Part shown: one piece after another, positions 31,454 through 42,527 of the stretch
How positions within the stretch are numbered: the first letter of the stretch is position 1
Layout: every line of letters begins with the position of its first letter
The notes under the pieces: model-generated
Seen by the model: the letters and a program-made list of their open reading frames with translations, nothing else
What the model was told of the DNA's origin: nothing
The model's database searches: none
Program-made: the position numbers and the translations under genes
From: Candidatus Altimarinota bacterium
Lineage (GTDB): Bacteria > Patescibacteriota > Gracilibacteria > CAIRYL01 > GCA-016699755
Reading direction: 5' to 3'
DNA length: 64,000 bases
Assembly: GCA_963664295.1 (NCBI GenBank)
Contig: OY760935.1
Location: forward strand, 544,001 to 608,000

Positions 31454-32538
31454 AAATTTGCTTTGTTGTGCCAGTCGATTTCATAGGAGGAGCTGAGGTT
31501 TTTGCTCTAGAGCTTATGCGCACTGCAAAAGAAAAAGCAGAAATAATAATAATTCATTCAGAAAATCCAGAGTTTAAAGAGAAATTACCTCTTAGCGCTC
31601 AATCTATTGAAATGGAATTTCCAAGGCTAAAAAAAGTATCTTTAAAATCTTTATGGAACTATTTTAAAACAACAAAAAAACTCAAAGAAAAAATAGAAAA
31701 AATAAACCCAGACATTGTATTAACTAATTCAATTAGGGCTCATATTCTTGCCACAAAAGCATTAAAAAAACTTAATTATCCTCTTGCATTTTTTGTTCAT
31801 GATTTCACCTTTCCTAAGCGTTTTTTTCAAATTGCTCAAAAAAGAGCAAATCAAATCTTCACTTGTTCTGAAGCAGTAAAACAAGACCTTTTAATCAAGG
31901 GTGGGCAAGAAGAAAAAATACAAATTGCTTACAACGGGGTTGATATTGGCAACTTCCCTTTTAAAAAACGGGAAAATATTAAAAAAATTGGCATAATGGG
32001 TAGAATAGACACTTGGAAAGGCCAGGATATTTTTATTGAATCAGCAGGATTATTAAAAAATTATGATTTTGAATTTTTTATTTATGGCGAAAGCTCGCTT
32101 TATGATGAAAAAACTCGCAAATTTGAGGAATATTTAAAAGTAATGACAAAAACAAAACACCTGGAAGACAGAATTCATTTTATGGGCTTTGTACCTGCGG
32201 AAACTGCACTGCAAAACCTAGATTTAGTTGTGCATGCCAGCACAGAACCAGAGCCATTTGGCAGAGTAATAATAGAAGCTATGGCAAGCGGTATTCCAGT
32301 GATTGCCACTGATGCAGGCGGTGCTTCGGAAATTATTCGCAACCGCGAAACTGGTCTTTTAATAGAACCAAAAGACGCCAACCTGCTTGCAGAAAGAATA
32401 AAGGAATTAAAAAATAATTCTGAACTTAGGGACAATTTAACTACAGAAGCACGAAAAGATATTGAAGAAAAATTTAGCCTTGAGGCTAGTACTAAAAATC
32501 TTTTACAAGCCCTTGAAGATATGAGAAAATCAAGCTAA
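31450..32538 (+). CDS. Glycosyltransferase family 4
   Basis: IGGAE, GRIDTWKGQ, EPFGRVIIEAMASG. Confidence 0.93.
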   Translation: MKICFVVPVDFIGGAEVFALELMRTAKEKAEIIIIHSENPEFKEKLPLSAQSIEMEFPRLKKVSLKSLWNYFKTTKKLKEKIEKINPDIVLTNSIRAHILATKALKKLNYPLAFFVHDFTFPKRFFQIAQKRANQIFTCSEAVKQDLLIKGGQEEKIQIAYNGVDIGNFPFKKRENIKKIGIMGRIDTWKGQDIFIESAGLLKNYDFEFFIYGESSLYDEKTRKFEEYLKVMTKTKHLEDRIHFMGFVPAETALQNLDLVVHASTEPEPFGRVIIEAMASGIPVIATDAGGASEIIRNRETGLLIEPKDANLLAERIKELKNNSELRDNLTTEARKDIEEKFSLEASTKNLLQALEDMRKSS

Positions 32539-33410
32539 TGAAAAAAATAGCAATAACAACCAAACACGATTTAAGAAAAGACCGCGAGGTTTTGCCAAAA
32601 ATAATTAAATTTCTCCAAAAAAAAGAAAAAACAGTTTTAATAGATAAAAACTGTGAAATTAACTTACTAAAAACTATTGAAGGCTGTGGTGAATATGATT
32701 TTAAAGAAAAAATTGATCTTTTAATTGTTGTTGGCGGTGATGGCACTGCCTTACGAGCTGTGCGTGCTTTAGAGGATTTAAAAACTCCCCTCCTTGGCAT
32801 AAACACTGGCACTCTTGGTTTTTTGTCTGAAGTTGGTCCTGATGAATTTGAAAATGCTTGTGAGCAAATTTGGCAAGGTGAATTTACTGTGGACTCTCGC
32901 ATGCTACTTGCTGTGGAAATTGTTCGCAGAGGAAAAGTTGTTCATAGTTTTCGCGCCTTAAACGAAGTAGTTATTGACCAAAAAAATGTTTCTCGCTTAA
33001 TTGAGCTTTCTACTTATGTTGATGATGCAATGATTGCCAAATTTAGAGCAGATGGATTTATTGTTGCTACTCCGACTGGCTCTACTGCTCATTCTCTTTC
33101 TGCTGGCGGACCTATATTGCACCCAAAAATGGAAGCATTTGTCTTAACACCAATTTCACCTCATTCTTTTAATCAAAAACCAATTGTAATTACTCCTGAA
33201 AAAATAATCGAAGTAAAACCAACAGGCAGAAACAGAGAAAACAACGCTGTCACAATTGATGGACAAATTTCCGAAGAACTCAAAAAAGGAGATACTGTAA
33301 AGATCTATAAATATTCAAAAAAGGCCAAATTTCTTCGTCTTTTGCATGAAAACTTTTTCAGCACAATAAAAATAAAACTAGGCTGGGGAAAAAGCTTCAA
33401 AAAACGCTAA
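32538..33410 (+). CDS. nadK: NAD kinase
   Basis: GGDGT, GTLGFL, ALNE, DGFIVATPTGSTAHSLSAGGP. Confidence 0.96.
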   Translation: MKKIAITTKHDLRKDREVLPKIIKFLQKKEKTVLIDKNCEINLLKTIEGCGEYDFKEKIDLLIVVGGDGTALRAVRALEDLKTPLLGINTGTLGFLSEVGPDEFENACEQIWQGEFTVDSRMLLAVEIVRRGKVVHSFRALNEVVIDQKNVSRLIELSTYVDDAMIAKFRADGFIVATPTGSTAHSLSAGGPILHPKMEAFVLTPISPHSFNQKPIVITPEKIIEVKPTGRNRENNAVTIDGQISEELKKGDTVKIYKYSKKAKFLRLLHENFFSTIKIKLGWGKSFKKR

Positions 33411-34339
33411 ATCTCAGGCGAATTAGTAATTTCAAAAGTAGCAGGATTAAACCAAATAACCCGTTCATCACGTCGCCACCAAGTGAGTTGCCTTTTTGCA
33501 AAATTACGAGTCACTTGTTGCATTTTGGCAATAAAATCTTCCTTGGAAATAATGCCCTCTAAATAATCCAAAGCTTCGGGTATGCCATGAGAAATCATGC
33601 CTGGATCACCTTTTTTATAACCCATTTTTAATAATTCCTTAACTTCTTTCATCAGACCATTTTCGAGCATGTCATAAACCCGCTTATTGATGCGCTCATA
33701 AAGTTCCTCACGATTTACACTAACACCAAGAATTAAACTTTCAAATTTAGGTGACATAATCCCCTCTTGCGCACTTTTTGCCTCCTTGCTGGTCTCAAAA
33801 ATCTCCAAAGCACGCACAAGATAACGCCGATTATTTTCATGAATTTTTTTTGCAGACTCTGGATCTTTTTTGTTTAGCTCTTGCCACAATTCCTGATTTG
33901 TCATTTTTTCCAACTCTTCTCTAATTTCTGCTTGTGGTGCAACAGCTGGAATAGAAAAATTTTTCGTAATTGCATTAATATAAAGACCAGTTCCTCCGCA
34001 AAGCATAGGAATTTTACCTTTGTCTAAAATGTCTTCTGCCATTTTTTCTGCCATTTCTCTCCACTCCACCACAGTAAAAACCTGATCAGGTTCAACAAAA
34101 GAAAAAAGGTGATGTGGCACACCCTCCGCTTCTTCTGGTGTTATTTTTGCGCTAACTATATCAACGTGCTTAAAAATCTGACGAGAATCAGAATTAATAA
34201 CTTCACAATTAAATTTTTTAGCAATTTTGATTGAGGCAGAGGTTTTTCCGCTCGCAGTAGGACCAACAACGGCCAAAAATGGTTTTTTTGCTGTTTTTAA
34301 AAATTCCCCTGCTTTATCAAAAATCTGCTCTTTTTTCAT
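33407..34339 (-). CDS. miaA: tRNA dimethylallyltransferase
   Basis: GPTASGKT, DSRQ, PHHL, GGTGLY, TRNFAKRQLTW; start ATG 34339 preferred. Confidence 0.96.
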   Translation of the reverse strand: MKKEQIFDKAGEFLKTAKKPFLAVVGPTASGKTSASIKIAKKFNCEVINSDSRQIFKHVDIVSAKITPEEAEGVPHHLFSFVEPDQVFTVVEWREMAEKMAEDILDKGKIPMLCGGTGLYINAITKNFSIPAVAPQAEIREELEKMTNQELWQELNKKDPESAKKIHENNRRYLVRALEIFETSKEAKSAQEGIMSPKFESLILGVSVNREELYERINKRVYDMLENGLMKEVKELLKMGYKKGDPGMISHGIPEALDYLEGIISKEDFIAKMQQVTRNFAKRQLTWWRRDERVIWFNPATFEITNSPEI

Positions 34340-34498
34340 TGCAAAAATCATACCTCTTTTTTGGCTTCATAAAAACATTTTTTTAGTTTTTAAAAAATTT
34401 TATACAAAAAACTCAAAGAAAAACCCTTGACAGATTAAGAAATCCGAATAAACTATATAACCAAATTTAAATTTTAATAAATTTTATCCATTAAAAAT

Positions 34499-35146
34499 AT
34501 GTCAACATTATCATCAGCAGTGCCTATGAAAAGGGCAACGCCTGCAGAAGTGCGAATGAAAACAGATTACAAAACCGAAAAAGGCAAAAGAGGTCATGTA
34601 GCACCAGAAACAGAAACTGACAAACTTGCTTTAAGGCAAACTGCCAGAGAGGCTTCAAGCTCACCAGACCAACAAAAAACAATATTTAAAAACATAATCC
34701 AAGATATTCAACATGCCATTAATACTGCTAGCAATGGAGGAGCTGAACATGCTCTGCAAAGAGCTGAAAAAGTGCAAACTCAATTGGTAGAAAGTGGCTT
34801 AATACTAGACCCTACCCTAGAAACATTGATCAATGACACCATAAAATCAGCCCAGCAGGCAATTAGCTGGCAAAACAAACCTGAACACAGTCCTATTCAT
34901 ACTATGACAAAAGGTAAAACTTTATCTTTGGAAATGGTTTATGAAATCGTAAGTAAAAGACTTAAAGATCTTACCCCTGAAAATGCTGTTGATTTTGAAA
35001 GAGAAGTTATGTCAATGATGGAAATGGTAGAAGACCCAACTTCTCCAGATGCTGTAGCAATCTTTGATGAAGCTCATGAAAAATTAGCTACTATGTATCG
35101 CAAAACAAATCCTGAATATTTTTGCGCTCATATTAAAAAAGATTAA
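34499..35146 (+). CDS. Hypothetical helical protein
   Basis: 215-aa ORF with TTGACA-N16-TAAACT promoter at 34427-34454 and a downstream terminator. Confidence 0.75.
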   Translation: MSTLSSAVPMKRATPAEVRMKTDYKTEKGKRGHVAPETETDKLALRQTAREASSSPDQQKTIFKNIIQDIQHAINTASNGGAEHALQRAEKVQTQLVESGLILDPTLETLINDTIKSAQQAISWQNKPEHSPIHTMTKGKTLSLEMVYEIVSKRLKDLTPENAVDFEREVMSMMEMVEDPTSPDAVAIFDEAHEKLATMYRKTNPEYFCAHIKKD

Positions 35147-35204
35147 GAATAATTAGTTTTATCTAAGCGTAAAAGGTCTATTTAAGTGAAAATTTTATAC
35201 AACT

Positions 35205-35234
35205 AAAAAGCTCGAGTATTACTCGGGTTTTTTT
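35205..35234 (+). terminator. Intrinsic terminator
   Basis: AAAAAGCTCGAGTA-T-TACTCGGGTTTTTTT. Confidence 0.75.
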
Positions 35235-35280
35235 GTTGCTTTCTGTTGTTACGGATGAGCGAACTTAGTTGCTCACCTAT

Positions 35281-35785
35281 TCTGTCATTCTGAGCGGAGT
35301 GAAATGGAGCGAAGAATCTCCTTGTCCATGCGCTCAATCCCTATCTTGTCATTGTGGACTTTTTGGGTTGTCATTGCGGACTTGATCCGCAATCTCGGGA
35401 GGTGTCATTCTGAACGAGCCCGCCTTTTTTTGTCATTATCGGACTTGATCCGATAATCCAGAGAATCATGTCATTGCGGACTTTTTAGGTTGTCATTACG
35501 GGCTTTTTGGAGTGTCATTGCGGACTTGATCCGCAATCTCCTTGTCCATGTGCTCAAGTCCTGCCTTAGGTAATTGTGCATTAATGACAACGGGAGATCC
35601 TGAATCGAGTTCAGGATGACATACTATTTTTGTCATTCTGAGCGGAGTGAAATAGAACGAAGAATCTCCTTGTCCATTCGCCCAAGTCCTGCCTTGGGCA
35701 ATTCAACAGTAATGACAACGGGAGATCCTTCGCTTCGCCTAAAGGCTCGCTCAGGATGACAAAGTAAGGAGAGCTCAAAATGACA
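35281..35785. repeat. REP/REPIN-like cluster 2
   Basis: About a dozen TGTCATT/ATGACA-tagged units; full 131-bp inverted element at 35631-35761, hybrid at 35513-35621. Confidence 0.9.
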
Positions 35786-35982
35786 AAAAAGCACTTAAGA
35801 TAAAAAAATAACCTGCTTCGTCGCCCACCTAAGCAAATCCCTTGCAATAACAAAAAACACAAAAAATAAAAACAATTAAAAAAAATTCATTGCCCCAGAT
35901 AAAGCCAAATAATCAACACTAAAAATGTATTACTGTACCAGTACACTAATACAGTAATACAAAAATAAAATTAATTATCTTT

Positions 35983-38151
35983 TTATCCCTCTGTAGGCTT
36001 AATCGCCTTCGCAACTGCATCCCAATCAACACCCTCATTAATTTCTCCTTTTAATTGTGTTATTAGGTCATCTTGCTTGTCAGCAGGTGCCTTATTTACA
36101 ATCTCAATTACAACTTTGTTTTTATCACTAGCACCAGCAATTGCTGTTTTTACTTTGCCCAAATCATCAGTTCCAAGCTTAGCATCAAAATTAACTCCAC
36201 TCAGATCTGCTGGTGCTGAAGAACCTCCCCCGGCTTCATCTGAACCTGCTTCACCACTTGAGCTACCAAATTTCTCTGCAATTGTTTCCACTTCTTTAAC
36301 GCTAGTACCAAGACCAGCAGAATAAGCTGCTGCTCTGGCAAATTTTTCTGGTGAAACCCCAGAACTCTTGGCTTCTTTTGCTGCTTTTGCTAATGGTGTG
36401 TCTTTAAAACTAGACCAAAAACCAGCTACATCCTGCTTGTCACCTGCTTTTGTCAAAGCATTTCGCACATCACTACCTTTACCCTCTAATTCTTTCATCA
36501 ATTTTCTTAACTTGCCTGGCAAATCATCAACCGGATTAGAGCCAACACCAGCAAAAGCTCTTGATCTTGCGCGATCTGCATTTCTTAATTGCTCCATTTT
36601 TAATGGCAAATAATCTGTCAAATTGCCCAAGGAAATTCTATCATTAGAATCATCACCATCACCATCAACATCTTTTTTAACTGGTAAAAATGGAATATAT
36701 TGCGGAGATTTTGCCAACCACTTTGTTGCATCTTTAATTGGTGCTGTCACTGTGCTTATTACTGTACCTGCTATGTCACTGGATTTTTCTGCAACCTGTA
36801 CACTACTCCACATAATAGCAATCACCAAGATATACCACATTGTTTGTTGCAAAAAATTCACATTATTGAAATTTTTCACAAGCTTATCTGCATCTAATTC
36901 AGCAGGATTTGCTGTGAATATATTCAAGCTTTGACCTGCTATAATCATTGTTAAACCAACTACCATTGGCAAAGCCATTGCTGCTGGAATAAATGCTTGT
37001 TTCAAAAATGCTTTTATACCAATAATGCTATCATCGCCTGTTGGCACATTAAAATCCTGCAAAACAGGTAAAAGCACAAAAATCGGCGATAAAATAATAT
37101 TAAGCCATAGCAGAATTATGCGCAAAAAGAGCACAAAAACCATAACAGCAAATATGATCAAAACAATTACCAAAACAATAAAAGCAAAAATTGAATTTAT
37201 TGTTAAATTTATTATTTTCCCATCTCCATCAACTGAAACTGGCAATCTTTCTATGTGTAAAAAACTAAAAGCAAATAATTTGGTTATATTTTCTCCATCA
37301 AGCTTAGACAAAATATCTTTGTCTTCTTTCCAAGTAATTTTAAATTTACCGTAATTTACAGTTTCCTGAGGGCAACCTTCTGCTTCATCTTCGGGTATTT
37401 GTACTTCACCATTTTCTATTACTTCAAAATCTTCAACCAAACAATAAGCCTTATCATTAGTGGCGTTTATTGCTTCTGATGCTGTTTGTGGTATTGCAAA
37501 AACAATATGTGTGGCAACATTGGCAGCATCAAGAATTAATTTTGCACCAAACCAAGTAAAATTTACTGCCACTAAGGCTATTACTATTTTTGGCAGAGTG
37601 GTTTTTATTGCAAATTTATCGTGCATAGAACTGCCCGCAGAAAGCACGTTCATAAGAGCAACAACAACTAAAATAATTATAAAAACATAATTCACTATGT
37701 CGCGAACTAACATCCACATTGTTTTAAGTACATCAGCCATCTTTGTTTGATTTGCTTCTTTTTCTGCATCATCAACTCCTATTGCGCCATAAACCCAGTC
37801 ATTACTGAGCAAAGCACCAACCATGTTGGATATTCCGCTTACAAGTGGTGCTGTTGAAGAAACAACAAAAGAAATTATTTCTCCAATGTTTACTTGTGTT
37901 TTTGTTGGCTGTGTTTCTTTTTTGTCTGAACCTCCATCATCTCCAGCTCCAGCTCCATCTCCAGCTCCATCTCCATCTCCATTTCCATCTCCATCGTCAG
38001 CATACACAACAGCACTAACTCCAATATTTAATTCTGTTCTACTTTCTATTACTGGTGCTAATGCATTAAAAGTAAAAAATAAGAGAAACAAACCTGCTAA
38101 GCAGATTTTTCTTAAATTTACCCATTTATTTATTTTGATATTTATTTTCAT
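35983..38151 (-). CDS. Large multi-TM protein, VirB6/TrbL-like
   Basis: WMLVRDIVN, LPKIVIALVAVNFTWF, LRIILLWLNIILSPI segments typical of CPR VirB6-like proteins; Gly/Asp hexamer microsatellite at about 37935-37995. Confidence 0.65.
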   Translation of the reverse strand: MKINIKINKWVNLRKICLAGLFLLFFTFNALAPVIESRTELNIGVSAVVYADDGDGNGDGDGAGDGAGAGDDGGSDKKETQPTKTQVNIGEIISFVVSSTAPLVSGISNMVGALLSNDWVYGAIGVDDAEKEANQTKMADVLKTMWMLVRDIVNYVFIIILVVVALMNVLSAGSSMHDKFAIKTTLPKIVIALVAVNFTWFGAKLILDAANVATHIVFAIPQTASEAINATNDKAYCLVEDFEVIENGEVQIPEDEAEGCPQETVNYGKFKITWKEDKDILSKLDGENITKLFAFSFLHIERLPVSVDGDGKIINLTINSIFAFIVLVIVLIIFAVMVFVLFLRIILLWLNIILSPIFVLLPVLQDFNVPTGDDSIIGIKAFLKQAFIPAAMALPMVVGLTMIIAGQSLNIFTANPAELDADKLVKNFNNVNFLQQTMWYILVIAIMWSSVQVAEKSSDIAGTVISTVTAPIKDATKWLAKSPQYIPFLPVKKDVDGDGDDSNDRISLGNLTDYLPLKMEQLRNADRARSRAFAGVGSNPVDDLPGKLRKLMKELEGKGSDVRNALTKAGDKQDVAGFWSSFKDTPLAKAAKEAKSSGVSPEKFARAAAYSAGLGTSVKEVETIAEKFGSSSGEAGSDEAGGGSSAPADLSGVNFDAKLGTDDLGKVKTAIAGASDKNKVVIEIVNKAPADKQDDLITQLKGEINEGVDWDAVAKAIKPTEG

Positions 38152-38158
38152 CTTGTTT

Positions 38159-39181
38159 TTAACAAAAGCTGGTTATGATATCTGAAAAATTATGAAGAAG
38201 GTCAATAAAAACAACTGCTGTGCCCGAAGGATCAACACTCTCCGGAGCTTCACTTGCTTTTTGTGCAAGATCTGTTGCACCTAAACCAATCAAAGCACCA
38301 AGTCCACCAAAAGCACTACCTGCTGCGACTTTAATTAACATTTTTCGTCTTTTGCGTGCTTTTAGTTGATGTTTTTGTTGTGTTTGCTGTGCAGCCATAT
38401 ATTGCTCTGCCAATGCAAGTCTGTATTTATCCATTTCTTGGCCAACTTTTTCACCTTCTCCTTGTCCTGCTTTATATTTTTCTGCTGACTCCCCTCTTCT
38501 GTTTTGCGGAAGCGATACTCGCATATTTTGATCAGGCAAAACCAATTTGCCAGCAGTGCTTCCTGTTGGAAGTTCTTGCATAACAGGCGGAGGGCCTGCT
38601 GTTGGCTTTTTCATAAGTATCAAAACACCAGCAAGGGCAAGTTTTTTACTAAAATTAGGATCAAAAATATCTTCCCGTGAAATAATTTCCGGAGCTTGTG
38701 TTAGCGCTATTGCTCCTTTTGCTAACATTTCCCCTGAAATATAATTTTGAAAATTATTTTCTCTTTTTTGCTCTTCTTGTAAGGCTGATCCACTTGTTAT
38801 TAATTTTTGTTTTTGTAATTTTTCATAATGCATCATTGTTAATAATCCAAGTTTTTGTTTATATGGCGAATTTTTAAGAAAATTTCTATTAAAACTAAAA
38901 TTATTGCTTAATTGTTGGCACATATTATTAAATTCCTCTGGATTTGCTTCTAAATAAATATTTTTTGCTACTGAAACAATTTCTCGAACTTTTTCTTTGG
39001 AAAATTTATTTTCAAATTCAAGATTTATTTCTTCTGTGTTTTGATCAAAATTATAAGCCAATTTCGTAGCGCTACTTTTAACACGCAAAGCCTCAGCAGG
39101 AGCTATGTTCTGCTCTTTAATTTCTTGATCCAAAACTACTTGGAGTTTTTCTGCGCCTTGTTGTGAGGATAATATCTTCAT
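38159..39181 (-). CDS. Hypothetical protein with C-terminal Gly-rich hydrophobic helix
   Basis: 340 aa; basic patch KARKRRK followed by AAGSAFGGLGALIGLGA. Confidence 0.75.
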   Translation of the reverse strand: MKILSSQQGAEKLQVVLDQEIKEQNIAPAEALRVKSSATKLAYNFDQNTEEINLEFENKFSKEKVREIVSVAKNIYLEANPEEFNNMCQQLSNNFSFNRNFLKNSPYKQKLGLLTMMHYEKLQKQKLITSGSALQEEQKRENNFQNYISGEMLAKGAIALTQAPEIISREDIFDPNFSKKLALAGVLILMKKPTAGPPPVMQELPTGSTAGKLVLPDQNMRVSLPQNRRGESAEKYKAGQGEGEKVGQEMDKYRLALAEQYMAAQQTQQKHQLKARKRRKMLIKVAAGSAFGGLGALIGLGATDLAQKASEAPESVDPSGTAVVFIDLLHNFSDIITSFC

Positions 39182-42100
39182 AGTCTTTTAGCGTGATAAA
39201 CCATTTCTTGTATTGCTCCTTGGTTTGGGAAAACTTTTTCTTTATAAGCAATAAAGCGTAAAAAATCATATCTTTGCTTTGCTTCTATTTCTCCGCCAAT
39301 ATTTTCTTGAATTGTTGCTTTAAACAAAGCTTCGTCAACACTATCTTTAGTAGGAAAACTAGACAAAGAAGCATCTTGCCACTTTGTTTTATCTCTATCT
39401 TGCTTAGAACTAAAATATTTACGAGGGTTTTTTTGAACTTTTTTCCAGTCAATCATATTAACCAACTTCATCTCATTTTCATTCCTAAAACATTCTAAAA
39501 TTCTCTTACCTTTTGTTGATGTGCTAAGGTCAGAGGCAAGTCGAAAACGCATACCCTCTGGATCTCTGGCATTATCTATCCAATCACCTCCCTTATAAGA
39601 TGCATACATAATACCACCACCCAATGCTATGTATTCATTATCCCAATTGCCTGAACGAAATGACACCAATGTATTTGCCAAGGTTGTTGCTGCACCATAG
39701 AAAAAAGCAAAAAATCTAAAAATATTTCCTGGGGTCATATTAGCGTTTAAATCAGTTTCTCTGTTGTAATCTTCTCTTGATCTTCGCATAGTAAAAGCAT
39801 TTACCCCTCTTGCATCTCCATATCTATCTTCAGTAAATTCTCCGTATTGCTCTTTGTTCATTGCCAAATTTCTAGCATGAATTGCTCTTGCTTCTGCACA
39901 AAGCTCCAAAACCGCAGCATTTTTTATATGCCCTTGTGTTTTTAATTTCTTTAGCTCTTTATCAGTTAATCCTTTTTTTGCTTTATCTACAAACAATTTT
40001 TTTATTTTTACTGCCTGAGTATCATCACGAGAATCATTTAAAAACTTAAATAAATCTTCCGACATATGCGCACCATTTGTTTGAATAAAAAGCACAACCT
40101 GATCCATCATGTGTAAACAATCACCATTTTTGTTAATTATTTCCTCTTTTCTTGCTTGGATTGCTGTTTTTATTTTTTCATCTACGCCATCAAATAATTC
40201 GCCTGACTCTCTTTTTTGTTCTTTTTCTGCTTGTTCTTGTCTTCTTTTTGCTTCTGCTATGATTTCTTTATTATTTGCTATTGCTCTTGGTGAATGAATT
40301 TCTTCTTTCATTAAATCCACTATTGCTTTGTGAAAAATAAAATCCTCTTCTGCTCTGGCTTTTTCTGCTGGACTTGCTGTGTCGGATTTAATTGTTGCCC
40401 TTGCTAAAAGCATTTGTTGTTCAGACGATTTTCTTATTTCACTTGCATTTACAAATTTAGAAGATCCAGCAGTTCTATAGAAATCAAGAATAACTTTTTG
40501 TAAATAAGCAACATTATAAGGGGTTCTAGTAAGCAAATTAAGTCTCTCTTTCATTTGTTTAATTTTCGAATCAAAATCATCAATCTGCTGATTAAATTCA
40601 GCGATTGCTTGATTTTTTTGAACTATTTCTGCATCAATAGCTTTGGTTTGCTGGGTCAACTTTTGAATTTCTTGATTTTTTTCAGCTATTTCTGCATCAA
40701 GAGGGTCAATCTGCTGAACAATTGCCTCAATTTTTTGTTTCTGTTCAAGAAATAATTGGTCATCATCACCTTTTTCCCATTGCATTTTTACTTTTGGATT
40801 TATATCTGGATTTATAAAAGCTTTAAGCCTCTCTGCCTCTTGAGCTAATTTTTCTTTTCTTTCAAGCGTTTGTAGCAATTCTTGAGTTAAAACATTAATC
40901 CTTTCTTTTAAGGGGTCTCTTAATTTAACTTTTTCTTTAATAGCCTGCTCAATAGGCTTAAGCTCTTCTTTTAATAAATCTTTAGCTTCAGTTCCTTTTG
41001 CTATTGCTTGTTCTAAGTCTTGAATTTGTTTTCGTAAATCAACTTGTTGTTCTTTAAAATAATCTGTGAATTCCTGAGGTGTTTTTGTGCTTAAAAGCTT
41101 AATAAAGTCTAATATTTCTTGTCTTTTTTGTGCTATTTTTGGTAGTCTTTCTGCTAAAAATTTACTTTCTTGCAAAATACCAAGTTGCAATTCAGAACCA
41201 AGTGCAGAATTATTTAATATATCTCTTTCTGCTCTTTCTATTGCTCTTATTCTGCGCTTATCCATTGTTTCTTCTGCTAATATTTTTTTTAACAATCTTA
41301 TTTCTTCTAATAAGCCTTTATTTTTAGGATCTTCTTCTAGTTCCTGCATTTTTTTTAGCAATCTTTTTTCTATCCTTGCCTTGCGGGCTGTGAGAATTTT
41401 GATTTCAATAGTAGAAATTGCGTCTTCAAATGATTTTTCAAAAAAATCAACTTCTCTATGCAAAGCTAAAAATCTTTTCTGATGCTCCTCTTTTAATTCT
41501 AATTTTTCTGATTGCGCAAGCTGATCCTGCAAAAACTCTCTCAGTTTCACTAATGGCTGATCTTGAATATTTAATTCTTTAAACATATCCAATCTTTCTT
41601 TAAGTCGATCTTTTGTGCCTGTAAGCAATAAATCTTCCTTTTTTATTATTTCTGCAATCAATTTATCATCAACTTTTTGTAATTTTTCTATTTCATCATC
41701 TCTTTCTTTTAATTTTGTCCTTAATCCTTTAGTTTCATTTTTTCCGCCACCATTTAATTTCAAGTTTATGTCTGCTATTCTTTCTTTAGTTTTATCAAGT
41801 TCTTTCCTGTCTTCTTCTGTCAACATCCTATCAATTTGATAATTTTGACGAAGAAGTTCTTTTTTCTCTGCTAGTTGTTTTGCTTCCTGCTCTAAATTAA
41901 AAACTTTTATTCTAAGTTGCGAAGCATCTGCTTTTAATTCTGCTACTTTTGCTTCACGTTCTTTTACATTTTCAAGCCCTTGAGCAAAAAAACTTTTTAA
42001 ATTTTCCACAGCCTCCCAACTAACTTGTCTTTTTTCTGCTTCTTCTCTCGCTGTTTTTTCTGTTATCACTTCTCCTGTGTGCTGATATAAACCTTTTCTT

Positions 42101-42522
42101 TTGTTTAAAATTATGCCTGCCAAATCATCTATTAAGGCTTGTAAATCATTTGGTTTTATTATTATTTCATCTTCTTTTAATGCCTCTAAAAATTTATACA
42201 AATCTGAGCGCTCATCTTCTTTTCTTTCCCCTCCTACATCAAAAATAACAGAATTTATATCTGTATCTGGAAAATCTTTTTTTAATCTCTCATATAATCT
42301 TGTTTCAATTTCTTTTTTTATCCTTTCCCGTGTCTTTTTTTCATCAATTTTTTCTACTACCTCTGTTTCTTTTGATCCAGGAATAGGCACAGTTTCTTTT
42401 GCATAAACTGTATATGGGCTTAAATCTTTAACTAAATCATCAAAATAATTATCTATTTGATCAGCTCGCTCTATAACGGGCTCTTTTTCTCCTGCCGGCA
42501 ATTTTCCTTCTATTTCTGCCAC
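39178..42522 (-). CDS. Large coiled-coil protein with C-terminal hydrophobic hairpin
   Basis: 1114 aa of E/K/Q/L heptads; FRFFAFFYGAATTLANTLV and YIALGGGIMYA near the C-terminus. Confidence 0.8.
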   Translation of the reverse strand: MAEIEGKLPAGEKEPVIERADQIDNYFDDLVKDLSPYTVYAKETVPIPGSKETEVVEKIDEKKTRERIKKEIETRLYERLKKDFPDTDINSVIFDVGGERKEDERSDLYKFLEALKEDEIIIKPNDLQALIDDLAGIILNKRKGLYQHTGEVITEKTAREEAEKRQVSWEAVENLKSFFAQGLENVKEREAKVAELKADASQLRIKVFNLEQEAKQLAEKKELLRQNYQIDRMLTEEDRKELDKTKERIADINLKLNGGGKNETKGLRTKLKERDDEIEKLQKVDDKLIAEIIKKEDLLLTGTKDRLKERLDMFKELNIQDQPLVKLREFLQDQLAQSEKLELKEEHQKRFLALHREVDFFEKSFEDAISTIEIKILTARKARIEKRLLKKMQELEEDPKNKGLLEEIRLLKKILAEETMDKRRIRAIERAERDILNNSALGSELQLGILQESKFLAERLPKIAQKRQEILDFIKLLSTKTPQEFTDYFKEQQVDLRKQIQDLEQAIAKGTEAKDLLKEELKPIEQAIKEKVKLRDPLKERINVLTQELLQTLERKEKLAQEAERLKAFINPDINPKVKMQWEKGDDDQLFLEQKQKIEAIVQQIDPLDAEIAEKNQEIQKLTQQTKAIDAEIVQKNQAIAEFNQQIDDFDSKIKQMKERLNLLTRTPYNVAYLQKVILDFYRTAGSSKFVNASEIRKSSEQQMLLARATIKSDTASPAEKARAEEDFIFHKAIVDLMKEEIHSPRAIANNKEIIAEAKRRQEQAEKEQKRESGELFDGVDEKIKTAIQARKEEIINKNGDCLHMMDQVVLFIQTNGAHMSEDLFKFLNDSRDDTQAVKIKKLFVDKAKKGLTDKELKKLKTQGHIKNAAVLELCAEARAIHARNLAMNKEQYGEFTEDRYGDARGVNAFTMRRSREDYNRETDLNANMTPGNIFRFFAFFYGAATTLANTLVSFRSGNWDNEYIALGGGIMYASYKGGDWIDNARDPEGMRFRLASDLSTSTKGKRILECFRNENEMKLVNMIDWKKVQKNPRKYFSSKQDRDKTKWQDASLSSFPTKDSVDEALFKATIQENIGGEIEAKQRYDFLRFIAYKEKVFPNQGAIQEMVYHAKRL

Positions 42523-42527
42523 TTTTT

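Noticed and set aside
35281-35785. CRISPR or autonomous IS in the palindrome clusters
   Set aside because: Irregular spacing, mixed orientations and subtypes, and no transposase ORF; REP/REPIN-like instead.
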